A DNA stretch of 64,000 bases from an uncultured delta proteobacterium (GCA_963712115.1 CAVQGX010000018.1:1-64000); one strand, 5' to 3'. Positions 29,984-40,026 are shown, counted from the stretch's first letter. Translations and numbers: made by a program. The notes: generated by a model not told the origin, from the sequence alone.

Positions 29984-31479
29984 AAAAATTACTGTTGATA
30001 GATGATGAAGCGAGTACAAGGGACCTGTTGAAATTGTCCCTGGAAATCGAAGGATATACGGTTTTTGTGGCCGAGGACGGTCCCAAGGGACTGGAGTTAT
30101 TTGCCAGGGAGAATCCGTCCATAATTCTAACGGACATAAAGATGCCCGGCATGGATGGCATCGAGGTTCTTAGGAGGATAAAGGAGCAGAGTCCCGATGC
30201 GGAGGTCATTGTAATCACAGGCCACGGAGAGATGAATCTGGCCATTGAAGCTCTAAAGTTGGAGGCATCTGACTTCATTAGTAAACCTGTAAGCGATGAG
30301 AGTTTGAATGTTGCCCTCAAACGTGCCCAGGAAAAGATCTGGTTACGGAACCGACTCAGAGAATACACTGAGGATCTGGAGAGAATGGTCAAGGAAACCA
30401 GCGAAGAACTGATCAAGCACCACGAGCTCGAGCACAACCTTATCCAGACCTCTATGGACGGGATAATCGCCAATGACCGTCAGGGTAAAATCATAATTTT
30501 CAACGAGGGTGCAGAGCGCATATACGGATATACCCGTGAGGAGGCAATCTCCTCATTTAATGTAACCAAGCTCTACCCCGAAGGCCAGGCCAGGCATATT
30601 AAGAAAATGATCTACGGTAATCAACATGGGGGTCCCGGCCGCTTGATCAATTACTCAGTGGAGGTTCTCACCAAGACGGGCGAATTGGTGCCCATTCTAC
30701 TTTCTGCTACTGTACTTTACCAAAGGGGTGAGGAGGTTGCCACGGTGGGCTACTTTAAAGATATGCGCGAGGTCATCCGGCTGGAGCAGGAGCTTGGCGA
30801 AAGCGAGCGCATGGCCACTGTGGGCCAAACCGTGGCGGGTATAGCCCACGGAGTGAAAAATTATCTCCATGGCATGAAACTGGGAGCTTTCATGATAGAC
30901 GAGGGTTTTGAAAAAGATAAATCCGAATCGCTACGCAAGGGCTGGAACTTGGTGAGGAAAAATATCGAGCGAATAAACAAAATGACCAAAGAAATGCTGA
31001 GCCTAGCTAGTACTAGCCCGCCCGCTTTCGAGTTGTGCTCCCTCAATGACATAGCGGAAGAGGTTTGTGAACAGATGAGGGCGGGAGCTGAGGAGAGAGG
31101 GATACGCTTGATCAGTGAGCTGGATCCCGCATTACCCCCAATGACCGTGGATTCGGCAGGTATCCTCACCTGCCTAACGAACCTGGTGACTAACGCGATT
31201 GAGGCCTTTCCAGAGGACAGCATTGGGGGCCAGATCATAGTGTCCAGCCGTGACGACCCGGCGGCCGGAGTCTGTTTGCAAGTGAAAGACACTGGTGGGG
31301 GCATGAGCAAGGAGATGAGAGAACAAATATTTGAGAGTCTCGTAAGCACCAAAGGGGCGCGAGGTACAGGTTTGGGTCTTGCTCTAACTCATAAAATCGT
31401 CCGCGAGCACGGCGGAACCATACAGGTTGAATCTGAGCTCAATAAGGGTTCTTGCTTCACCATTATTTTGCCGCTGTAA
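29980..31479 (+). CDS. Hybrid REC-PAS-histidine kinase
   Basis: IDDE, DIKMPGMDG, AHGVKN, GTGLGL. Confidence 0.92.
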   Translation: MKKLLLIDDEASTRDLLKLSLEIEGYTVFVAEDGPKGLELFARENPSIILTDIKMPGMDGIEVLRRIKEQSPDAEVIVITGHGEMNLAIEALKLEASDFISKPVSDESLNVALKRAQEKIWLRNRLREYTEDLERMVKETSEELIKHHELEHNLIQTSMDGIIANDRQGKIIIFNEGAERIYGYTREEAISSFNVTKLYPEGQARHIKKMIYGNQHGGPGRLINYSVEVLTKTGELVPILLSATVLYQRGEEVATVGYFKDMREVIRLEQELGESERMATVGQTVAGIAHGVKNYLHGMKLGAFMIDEGFEKDKSESLRKGWNLVRKNIERINKMTKEMLSLASTSPPAFELCSLNDIAEEVCEQMRAGAEERGIRLISELDPALPPMTVDSAGILTCLTNLVTNAIEAFPEDSIGGQIIVSSRDDPAAGVCLQVKDTGGGMSKEMREQIFESLVSTKGARGTGLGLALTHKIVREHGGTIQVESELNKGSCFTIILPL

Positions 31480-31528
31480 TTTTTGCCCATCTCCGCGGTC
31501 GCAGTAAGTGATTCATTAAACATCCGGA

Positions 31529-33484
31529 CTAGCTTATCTGGGCGGTTTTAATCTCTGCTGGGAGTATTTTGGGCATCCTAACGATAAAGCGTGACCCTTC
31601 ACCTGGATTGGAATCTACCTTCACGGATCCTTCATGTTGCTCGATTATCTTGTTTGAGATAAAGAGACCTAGGCCTGTGCCCTTGCTTCCCTTGGAGGAG
31701 TAGAAGAGGGTAAACATTTTGTCTCTGGTCTCTTTATCCATACCGATGCCGTTGTCGGAGACATCGAATATTATGTCATCCTCCTCCTGTTTTACCCCAA
31801 AGATGATTTTATGAGCTTTGTTAGAATTGTCTTCGATGCAGGCTTCCAATGCATTTTCGAGAATGTTCGTCAGTGCAGAGGCCAGCACCCCGGCGTCCAC
31901 CTCAAATTCTCCCACGGACTCGTCGAAGTCGCGAACAAATTCAATGCCATGGCCTAGTGCCTTAGGTTCAACGGTCAGGGCCACATCATTAGCAAAGGTG
32001 AGGACATCGGTTCGTTCCCATTGCAGATCTCTCTCCTTGGCATAATAGAGCAGGTCGAGAGACATATTTCTGATACGGCTAACCATATGTTTTACAATTT
32101 CCCAGCCCTCTTTCATTCGCTCCTGGTCTTCTTTCTCAAAACCAGATTCAACCCGGTACATGCCGCCGTCCAAACCTGTCAGTAGTCCCTTTATGCCGTG
32201 GGAGATGGAACCTATCAACAACCCCAACGAAGACAGCTGATCCTGCAACTGGCGTATCTGAGTTATATTGGTGGACATCTCCATCACATGGGTTACCTCT
32301 CCGGCAGCATTCTTGATGGGCGCGGTCCAGATTAGAACATTGTAACGTTCGCCGGTTTTGGAAGTTACCACCGTCTCTGCCTGTTGTGGTTTCCCCTCTT
32401 CAAAAGTCTTCAAGATAGGACACTCGGGGCGTGGTTCACCCTCGTGGGTAAAAGCCTGGGCACAGAAAGAGCCAAACTCTTTACCAAAATCTTCGAGGAA
32501 TTGCTTGTTGGCTGTCATCAGTTTGAGGTTTCTGTCCTGAACGGTTAAATAGCAGGGAGCCGCCTCAAAAAGTAACTGAAACCTCTGTTGACAGGTCATA
32601 AGATCTTCCTGAAGACGACTAACCTCTGTTAGGTCGGCTGCCATCTCAAGGACCAATTCCACTTCACCGTCCCGATTTCTGATGGGAGCGGTGTGTACAA
32701 TGACAGGAAGCTCAATACCCTTTAGATTTTTGACTCTCTCCCTCCTTCGCTGCCCCTGTGCAGTGCTAAGGGTTCTACCGACAGGACAGTTGTCTTTGCT
32801 CCCTGCCTTCTCCGAATATATATCCCAGCTGTTGTGCCCTATCTTGTTTCCCAAACGCTCTTTGTAAAGCTGATTGGTCGCAACTACCTTATGCCCACTG
32901 TTGTGGATAGAAACGAAGCAAGGCATCTCGTTGAAGTAGGTCAGTCCACTTTCGAGATCCTCCACTATGTTCCTCATGGCAGAAGACAAGCCCTCAACCA
33001 CCTGACCCACAGCAATCAGCCTCTCAGCTTCTACCAGTTTGGCTGACTTTTCTCGAACTAGATCTTCAAGGTTTTCTGTGTAATCCTTTAGCTGCCGCCT
33101 CATGGAAATTCTTTCTAGGGCTCTCTTGAGGGCTATTTCCAGAACTTCGTCTTTGATGGGTTTGGTGATGAAATCAGTTGCTTCATACTTGAGGCTCTTG
33201 ATGGCAAGGTCCATATCCCCGTGGCCGGTAACCATGATCACTTCTGTCTCTGGGTTTACCTGCTTAATTCTACGGAGCAGTTCTATGCCGTCCATAACCG
33301 GCATTCTGATATCGGTGAGAACTATGGGGGGATTGATTTCACTGAGAATTCGGAGGGCCTCCTCGCCATTTTCTGCAGTGTAGACTTCATACCCGAGGTC
33401 GGACAGAGATATGTCCAGAACTGCGCGAATATCTTCTTCATCATCTACTATTAATATTCTCTCGCCCATATTTGTCCCATCCAC
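31529..33484 (-). CDS. Hybrid REC-PAS-PAS-histidine kinase
   Basis: VDDE, DIRMP, SHGIKG, DNGIG, GTGLGL; start may be 33469. Confidence 0.92.
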   Translation of the reverse strand: MDGTNMGERILIVDDEEDIRAVLDISLSDLGYEVYTAENGEEALRILSEINPPIVLTDIRMPVMDGIELLRRIKQVNPETEVIMVTGHGDMDLAIKSLKYEATDFITKPIKDEVLEIALKRALERISMRRQLKDYTENLEDLVREKSAKLVEAERLIAVGQVVEGLSSAMRNIVEDLESGLTYFNEMPCFVSIHNSGHKVVATNQLYKERLGNKIGHNSWDIYSEKAGSKDNCPVGRTLSTAQGQRRRERVKNLKGIELPVIVHTAPIRNRDGEVELVLEMAADLTEVSRLQEDLMTCQQRFQLLFEAAPCYLTVQDRNLKLMTANKQFLEDFGKEFGSFCAQAFTHEGEPRPECPILKTFEEGKPQQAETVVTSKTGERYNVLIWTAPIKNAAGEVTHVMEMSTNITQIRQLQDQLSSLGLLIGSISHGIKGLLTGLDGGMYRVESGFEKEDQERMKEGWEIVKHMVSRIRNMSLDLLYYAKERDLQWERTDVLTFANDVALTVEPKALGHGIEFVRDFDESVGEFEVDAGVLASALTNILENALEACIEDNSNKAHKIIFGVKQEEDDIIFDVSDNGIGMDKETRDKMFTLFYSSKGSKGTGLGLFISNKIIEQHEGSVKVDSNPGEGSRFIVRMPKILPAEIKTAQIS

Positions 33485-33558
33485 TAGGGAAGTGGTCGAA
33501 ATATTTCCCCTTGCTGTTGGGCAGCGGCGACTCTGCTTCTGCCCTCTTAGTAAGAGGA

Positions 33559-33915
33559 TTATTCGCCTATGGTATTTCTCACTATCTTCAGCAGTTCGTC
33601 TCGATCAAAAGGCTTCTCGACAACAGCTACAGCCTTTTTTATTGCGAGGTGAGGCTTAGCCAGACCACTGATGACAATTACCGGGATATCCTTGAAATCA
33701 TCCATCTTTGTATACTTGCGGTAAAATTGAGGCCCCGTCACTTCCGGCATGTCAATATCCAGTGTTATCAAATCTGGTTTTTCCTTTTGCAACACTTCAA
33801 ACGCTTCGGGGGCGTTCACCGCGCTACAAGTTTCATAGCCATTATCGTGGAAAAAGCCTACAAGGTAGTAAACCACGTTCGGGTCATCGTCCACGACCAG
33901 GATCTTTTTCGCCAT
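33559..33915 (-). CDS. Single-domain response regulator (DVU0259-like)
   Basis: PDLITLD..MP...GP.FYRK...IPVIVISGL...KPFDRDEL; GGAGG RBS. Confidence 0.88.
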   Translation of the reverse strand: MAKKILVVDDDPNVVYYLVGFFHDNGYETCSAVNAPEAFEVLQKEKPDLITLDIDMPEVTGPQFYRKYTKMDDFKDIPVIVISGLAKPHLAIKKAVAVVEKPFDRDELLKIVRNTIGE

Positions 33916-34001
33916 AGTCCACCTCCACTGCAACTTTCAAGTTAATAGACGGCTCTGTTTTGTTTGATCAAAACGGATTACATTGACACCTGTCCTTATT
34001 A

Positions 34002-35549
34002 CTAATGGGGGATGGGAAATTCGATGATAAAACGAGCACCTTTACCGGACTTGACCTGTATGTTCCCACCGCAGTCTTTTATTATACCGTAACTTATTGA
34101 AAGACCGAGTCCTGTTCCCTTACCAATGCTTTTGGTTGTAAAGAAAGGTTCGAAAATCTTATCCAATTGATCTTTAGGGATCCCATTACCAGAATCAGCA
34201 ACCTCAACAGTCACCTTATCTCCGTCGCTGCTCGTCCTGAGCGTGATCTTTTCGAAGCCTTTCTTAATTAATGCTGTCGACAGTTTCTCTTCGATGGCAT
34301 CCCTGGCGTTCAATAAAAGGTTGATGAAAACCTGTTCCAAGCGAGCTGGGTCTGCCTTTATTGCGGGTATTCCTTCCGCAAGCTGCCAGACAACCTCTAT
34401 TCCCCTCACTTTCAACTGCTGACTCAAGAGTTCGTGGGCCCTTGTTAATAGATCGTTAACCTGGACCTTTTCAAGACTCACCTCGGTTTTTCGACCGAAT
34501 TCTCTCAGGTGATTTATAATTTTGGTGGCACGGTCGACGTTAGCAGTAATCTTCTCTGCCATAAGTTGCAGATGTTCATCCTCGATCTTTTCTTCCTTTT
34601 TGAGTTTTCTCAACAAAAAGCTGCTTGCGCTTTCCATGACAGCAAGAGGCTGATTCAGTTCGTGGGCAATACCGGTTGCCATTTCGCCCAAAGTTGCCAT
34701 TTTACTTGCCTGCAACAACTGCTGTTCGGTTTCCAGCCGCTTTGTTATATCGCTAGTGGTGACAAGCAGCACCCTTTGGCCGTTATACTCTGACGGTGAG
34801 ATCCTGATATTGACGTAAAGTGTCCCGCCATCTTGAGTTTTATGTTTCGCCTGGCCCAGAAATGTGGAAGTCCTCAGTTTTAGAGCGTAGTAGTCTATGT
34901 CCTCTTCACTAAACAAATCTAGAAATGACCTTTTAGTCACATAATCTTTGCTGCAGCCGTAGACTTTTTCCACGCTTTCGTTGCAATCAAGGATAGCTAG
35001 GGTGTCTATATCAAGCACAAAGACTGGATTCGGAATGTTGTTGAAAATAGAGTAGTACTTCATTTCCGATATTCTGAGTTTCTCTTCGAGTTCCTTTCTG
35101 TGAGTAATATCGAGATTCATCTCCATAACGGCGACTATCTCACCTTCAGAGTTCTTGATGGCGCAGGTTTTCACCACCCAATGCCTTCTGACTCCATCCT
35201 TGTCGGGACCCGACTCCTCACTCCAATGAGACTTTCCGTCTTCAAAGGTTTTTTCCACAGGACAGACTGGACATTTTTCACCGAGTCCCTTGTAGGCTTG
35301 ATAGCAGTAATCTCCAGGCTTTGGATCAAATTTGTCAGCGAATTCGCGGTTGTACCTGACAAGTCTGTAATTTCGGTCTTGGACTGTAATTATACAAGGC
35401 ACCAGATCGAACAACATCTGGTACTCATCCACACGTTTGTCCAGTTCGGCTTTTGTTAAAGTCAACTCCTCATCCCTCTCGCTGTCCGCGAGGGGCGGTT
35501 GACCAGTTCCTGGGTGTTGGTCATCCTTACCCATAGTTAGTATCTCCAT
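34002..35549 (-). CDS. Soluble PAS-PAS histidine kinase
   Basis: PAS domain with CY..YKG...[24 protein letters not shown]. Confidence 0.9.
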   Translation of the reverse strand: MEILTMGKDDQHPGTGQPPLADSERDEELTLTKAELDKRVDEYQMLFDLVPCIITVQDRNYRLVRYNREFADKFDPKPGDYCYQAYKGLGEKCPVCPVEKTFEDGKSHWSEESGPDKDGVRRHWVVKTCAIKNSEGEIVAVMEMNLDITHRKELEEKLRISEMKYYSIFNNIPNPVFVLDIDTLAILDCNESVEKVYGCSKDYVTKRSFLDLFSEEDIDYYALKLRTSTFLGQAKHKTQDGGTLYVNIRISPSEYNGQRVLLVTTSDITKRLETEQQLLQASKMATLGEMATGIAHELNQPLAVMESASSFLLRKLKKEEKIEDEHLQLMAEKITANVDRATKIINHLREFGRKTEVSLEKVQVNDLLTRAHELLSQQLKVRGIEVVWQLAEGIPAIKADPARLEQVFINLLLNARDAIEEKLSTALIKKGFEKITLRTSSDGDKVTVEVADSGNGIPKDQLDKIFEPFFTTKSIGKGTGLGLSISYGIIKDCGGNIQVKSGKGARFIIEFPIPH

Positions 35550-35829
35550 TCAAACCAAAGCGAATTTGAATAATTGCCACCAGACATAGACAAAATCAAA
35601 CTCTCACCTTCGGTGATCTCGGAGGGGAGGTCGTTCTCTGTAATATTGCAATCCTAGTCAAAAGGTCGGCTTTTTAAGATCCAAGAAAAAAGCGATTCTG
35701 TCAAGGTCAATTTTCCCCTGTGTGTGGGGCAGTTGATCTCCATACGGCCGAATACCTGCCCCGTACCCAACGTGGAGCGGGATATTCGACAAAGGGAGAG
35801 GACTTTTCGAGTTGCTTGAAGCAAACTAA

Positions 35830-36051
35830 TTAGTCTTTTTGAGGCCATTCATGGATTTCGCGCTCTTCTACAAAATAGCAGAATCGGCTCCAGTCAAACT
35901 CACGCAAGGACACGGGGCACTTGAGTTTGACTTTGTGGTCGCTGATACCTATCACTTCCCAATCTCCGCGGCGCGGACCCTCCTCTATGTGGATCTTTTG
36001 CCCTACCTGAAAAGGGTAGGGCCGAAACATTGCAACTTTATAGACTGCCAT
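35830..36051 (-). CDS. Small hypothetical protein
   Basis: AAGGAG RBS; globular-looking 73-aa sequence. Confidence 0.7.
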   Translation of the reverse strand: MAVYKVAMFRPYPFQVGQKIHIEEGPRRGDWEVIGISDHKVKLKCPVSLREFDWSRFCYFVEEREIHEWPQKD

Positions 36052-36207
36052 CTTTTCTCCTTCTTATGGTGAGATCAAATTTGTCTGCTAATCGTAATTG
36101 ATATAGCTATGGCGGACAACCCACGATCCTGCCCTATCTTGAACTTTTAATCGCTGCCAATTAAGCTTTCTATTATATTAATGCGATTTATCTGGAGGGA
36201 CCGGCGG

Positions 36208-37398
36208 ATGAAAACAAAAGAGAGGTGGTCATATTCCGGGGAGGAAATGGTCAAGGCCCGTTTTGTCTCGAGACCAAACCGTTTTTTGGTGCAGTGCGAG
36301 GCGGAACATCACAATAGAATCAGAGCCTTCCTGCCAAATCCCGGCCGGCTTTGGGAACTCCTCTTGCCTGGCGCCACCCTTTATTTGCGGCGGGATGAAG
36401 GGATTGATGGGAGGCTCAGTACACGCAAAACCCAGCATACAGTCCTTGCCGTGGAGCGTGATGGACGGCCGATCTTTCTTCACACCCACGAGACAAATTC
36501 CGTAGCCCAATATCTTCTGGAAAATGCGCTGATTCCACCTCTGGAAGGATCAAGTATCGTTCAAGCCGAAGTACCAGTGGGGAGGAGCCGTTTTGATTTT
36601 CTTCTCAGTCACAAGGGCAAAGAACTCTATTTGGAAGTGAAATCCTGCACCCTTTTCGGAAACGGGGTGGCAATGTTCCCAGACGCGGTGACGGCCCGGG
36701 GGAAGAGACATATTCTGGAACTTGCAGAGATGAGTCGGAAGGGGATAAGAGTTTCAGTTTTGTTTATTGTGCATCATCCGAATGTTCAATGGTTCATGCC
36801 GGATTATCACACAGATCTCGATTTCAGCACTGCTATGCTTCAGTGTCAAGGAGATGTCCAATTTATACCAGCAGCCATCGGCTGGAACAAAGACCTGTCG
36901 CTGGATATTAGCCAAACGAAGATTTTAAAAATTCCGTGGAACTATTTGAAAAGGGAGGTCAAAGACAGGGGAAGCTATCTACTAATCGTAAAACTGGCAA
37001 AGAGAACTGCAATAAAGGCAGGCTGCTTGCCTGAAAGTTTTTTTCCAGCCGGATACTATGTCTATGTGGGATCGGCTATGAGCGGGCTCTCATCCCGCCT
37101 GGCAAGACACCGTCGCAAGAACAAGAAGATTCATTGGCACATCGACTATCTCACCGCCGAAGCCGGTCATGTTCTGCCCGTTCCGATCCGCTCGTCTAAG
37201 AGACAGGAGTGCGAAATCGCCGGAGCCTTGTCCTCGATTAGGCAAGCTGGTCAGACAGGATTTGGATCATCAGACTGTGAGTGCGTAACTCACCTTTTCT
37301 TCAGCCCAACTAATCCTCTCGAAAGCGAAGATTTTCATCAGTTACTGCAAAACTTCCGAATGAGAGCGCCTTCGGGTCGCACAGCGCAAAGAGCATAG
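36208..37398 (+). CDS. sfsA: SfsA nuclease fused to a DUF123/GIY-YIG domain
   Basis: RPNRF, NPGRL.EL, SRFDF, EVKSCTL, FPDAVT.RG.RH; then G.Y.YVGSA..RL.RH..HWHIDYL..FGSSDC.C..HL. Confidence 0.9.
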   Translation: MKTKERWSYSGEEMVKARFVSRPNRFLVQCEAEHHNRIRAFLPNPGRLWELLLPGATLYLRRDEGIDGRLSTRKTQHTVLAVERDGRPIFLHTHETNSVAQYLLENALIPPLEGSSIVQAEVPVGRSRFDFLLSHKGKELYLEVKSCTLFGNGVAMFPDAVTARGKRHILELAEMSRKGIRVSVLFIVHHPNVQWFMPDYHTDLDFSTAMLQCQGDVQFIPAAIGWNKDLSLDISQTKILKIPWNYLKREVKDRGSYLLIVKLAKRTAIKAGCLPESFFPAGYYVYVGSAMSGLSSRLARHRRKNKKIHWHIDYLTAEAGHVLPVPIRSSKRQECEIAGALSSIRQAGQTGFGSSDCECVTHLFFSPTNPLESEDFHQLLQNFRMRAPSGRTAQRA

Positions 37399-37472
37399 CG
37401 CGAAGCGTTTTAACGTCATTTGCTCCGATTCACTTGCTTTTATTTTCTGTTGACCTCTTAAAGTTAACTTGG

Positions 37473-37766
37473 CTAGGGCAAATTCTTCACGATTTCTGCA
37501 AATTCCTCTTTTGTAAAAGCTTTGAGTGTTTTTGTTCTGATGTTCCCTTGGGCACCTAAAGCTAGAGTAGTTGTAAGCACAAACTCATCATTGGGAGCTT
37601 CACAAATCGCTACATAGTCATACTCCCCAAGGACTGTGTAAAAGCCAAGAACCTTTCCTCCCATCTCTTCAAAGCCCTTGATTGCCTCTTCGATCCTCTT
37701 GGGCGCCTCTCTGATATCTCTTATTCCTTGATCAGTGAGACTGTACAAACCAATATAAGTTGGCAT
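37473..37766 (-). CDS. GYD-domain protein
   Basis: TDQGI, GEYDYV, GNIRT.TL.AF. Confidence 0.88.
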   Translation of the reverse strand: MPTYIGLYSLTDQGIRDIREAPKRIEEAIKGFEEMGGKVLGFYTVLGEYDYVAICEAPNDEFVLTTTLALGAQGNIRTKTLKAFTKEEFAEIVKNLP

Positions 37767-38015
37767 AGGTCAACCTCCCTTATATGTTTGATTGTGGAAT
37801 GCCTTTTAGTCTCTATGTAAAATCCCCCAAGGAGTTAGCAAACCCCTCAGAGGCCTCATATGGGCACTTTCTGGAGACTCCACCACATGACTCACTCCAG
37901 AGTACTGAGAAATATTGCAGCGATGAGTGATATCCAGACCTAATTGAGAACTGTAGGACTGCTACAAGTTATGCTCTTCAGAGGATGAATCAAAGCAGGG
38001 GGTTTCGCTAATTTC

Positions 38016-38061
38016 AGAATAGGCTGAGAGGTCGTTCCGTGTAAATACGAAAAACCACCAT
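38016..38061 (-). promoter_or_regulatory. sigma70-type promoter with upstream 16-bp box
   Basis: ATGGTGGTTTTTCGTA-TTTACA-N18-TATTCT. Confidence 0.55.
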
Positions 38062-38067
38062 TTTGAA

Positions 38068-38094
38068 CCAACAAAAAAGCGGAGCCGAAGCTCC
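38068..38094 (-). terminator. UUCG terminator identical to 1959-1985
   Basis: GGAGC-TTCG-GCTCC-GC-TTTTTT. Confidence 0.7.
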
Positions 38095-38166
38095 CCAGGG
38101 TCTTTGGAAAGTGAATAGTGGAAGACAGCACTAGTAAACAAACTATAGGCAGTTACTCATCGTCAT

Positions 38167-38790
38167 TTATCTTAACCAGGTTAAAATCGACATTAGTAGA
38201 CTGAGTCCTAAGATAGCCAATATCATAGCCCATTCTCTCTTAAAGGCCTCCCGGATAAGGAAGGTATGAGCAGACCTATTGGGGTATGGCCTAATCGATG
38301 GAATCCACCTTGGAACTGTTGATATATATGTAACATATGCCTCTCCATACCTGCGAGCGAGCTTATCTTCTTCCCACAATATGGTTGGCTGATATGATAA
38401 AAAGAACAAAGCAACATAAATAGGTATAAACAAAAGAAGTCCACCCATAATTACAATTCCGAGCCCTATAAAGAAGGTACCCAAATAAGAGGGATTTCTT
38501 AAGTAAGCATAGGGCCCGGCAGTTACCGGTATTTTGAGGTGGCGATTGCTTTCTCTCACTCCCACGCTCCATATCCTTATTGTTTGCCCCAAAACTATGA
38601 GGGGGAAGGATATCTGCCAGTTGAGCAGACTAAATGTCCGATTATGATGGTAGCAAATCACTAAAATTAACAGGACGAAAATCACTAATAAACGATTTCT
38701 GTTCTTATATGACCATTTTCCAAGTCGCAGCATCAGACTCTCTCTGTCAAGTCTTCCTGCATGCTCGTACGTATTCTCTGTTTTTTTCAA
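38167..38790 (-). CDS. Isoprenylcysteine carboxyl methyltransferase / PEMT family protein
   Basis: GPYAYLRNP.YLG, EE..L..RYG..Y..Y...VPRWIP. Confidence 0.85.
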   Translation of the reverse strand: MKKTENTYEHAGRLDRESLMLRLGKWSYKNRNRLLVIFVLLILVICYHHNRTFSLLNWQISFPLIVLGQTIRIWSVGVRESNRHLKIPVTAGPYAYLRNPSYLGTFFIGLGIVIMGGLLLFIPIYVALFFLSYQPTILWEEDKLARRYGEAYVTYISTVPRWIPSIRPYPNRSAHTFLIREAFKREWAMILAILGLSLLMSILTWLR

Positions 38791-38802
38791 CTCTTTAACC
38801 TT

Positions 38803-39225
38803 TTATTCTTCGCCCCGCGACATCTTGGCTGGTTCTTTGAGTCCTCGCATGGAGAAGTAGACATCGCTGCCCTGTATGAATATCCTGACCCCATAGTCGC
38901 CCGATATTTCTTGCCCTTTGATAGTCCAGTTTTTCCATCCCTTTATCTTTTTTTGGCCACTGTGCCATGAGCGATAAAAATAAAGACCATATTTGTCATC
39001 GTATTTTATCAACTTATACTTAACATAGTTCTTGTCGAGATCTATTATATCCTCTGCTCTGCTAAAGCGACCCTCCCGTGTTCCCATCAACAAGGGGTCT
39101 GGTTCATGGATTACATTGCAAAAGGCATCTGGTTTTACCTCAGGATTATCAAATGGTGTGTTTCCCTTGATCGAACATCCAACGAAAATAAGCAGGAACA
39201 CCAGGCAAATAATAAGTCTTCTCAT
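38803..39225 (-). CDS. Putative lipoprotein
   Basis: Signal peptide with lipobox FVGC. Confidence 0.7.
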   Translation of the reverse strand: MRRLIICLVFLLIFVGCSIKGNTPFDNPEVKPDAFCNVIHEPDPLLMGTREGRFSRAEDIIDLDKNYVKYKLIKYDDKYGLYFYRSWHSGQKKIKGWKNWTIKGQEISGDYGVRIFIQGSDVYFSMRGLKEPAKMSRGEE

Positions 39226-39297
39226 ACCAATCTCCTCTTTTTGCTTTGCACCTTTTTAATACTTTCATGATATGAACCGAAATTGTGGGCGATAGAA

Positions 39298-40026
39298 TTA
39301 AATTTGCCCTGTTCCCCGCGAATCGCTATCGGATCGACTAGTTTCGTCTTTGTATTCTTTATATGCTTGGCAGCCTTTCTTGTAACCCAAACTACAGGAA
39401 GTTTTGGTATCTTTTAAAGCTTTTTGTGGATCACCCTTCTGGAAATAACAACGCCCCCGGGTATAGTATGCCCAACCGTCATTAGGTTTCAGCTCAAGTG
39501 ATTTGGACAGATAATTAATGCTTTCGTCATATTCTTCAAGTTGCATATGAAGCCAGCCCAAATTATCGTAAGCTTCAGCATAATCTGGTTTGAGTTTAAT
39601 TACCATTTGAAAGTCAACTGTAGCTTCCCTGTAGCGTTTCACTTTAATATATACACGTCCTCGCCAAAAATATGCTCGGTAGTTATTAGGATCTAGTTCT
39701 ATTGCTTTGTCAAACTCCTGCAGAGCCTTCCGGTATATTTTCTTCCTGTATAGACTATGCCCGGTTCTGAGATGTTTTCTAATCTCTTTTTCTTTTCTGC
39801 TTGGTGACCATGTACTCTCCTTGCCTTCTATTAACCGCTTCCCCTCGTGCCAAAAGTCGCCAATCCACTTGGAAACTGTCTTGAAGGAGTTGTCAAAAGT
39901 ATCTTTCTTTGTTGTCCGTATAAGATAAATAGCTGACACAATAAGTAGTAATAAAACAACAGTGAAGACTCCAATGGCAAGGTAGTCTTTTGAATTCTCT
40001 TTACTGTGGCTATTTTGTTTATTCAT
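39298..40026 (-). CDS. Membrane-anchored TPR protein
   Basis: N-terminal TM; repeats such as AIELDP..AYFWRG and AYDNLG. Confidence 0.85.
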   Translation of the reverse strand: MNKQNSHSKENSKDYLAIGVFTVVLLLLIVSAIYLIRTTKKDTFDNSFKTVSKWIGDFWHEGKRLIEGKESTWSPSRKEKEIRKHLRTGHSLYRKKIYRKALQEFDKAIELDPNNYRAYFWRGRVYIKVKRYREATVDFQMVIKLKPDYAEAYDNLGWLHMQLEEYDESINYLSKSLELKPNDGWAYYTRGRCYFQKGDPQKALKDTKTSCSLGYKKGCQAYKEYKDETSRSDSDSRGTGQI

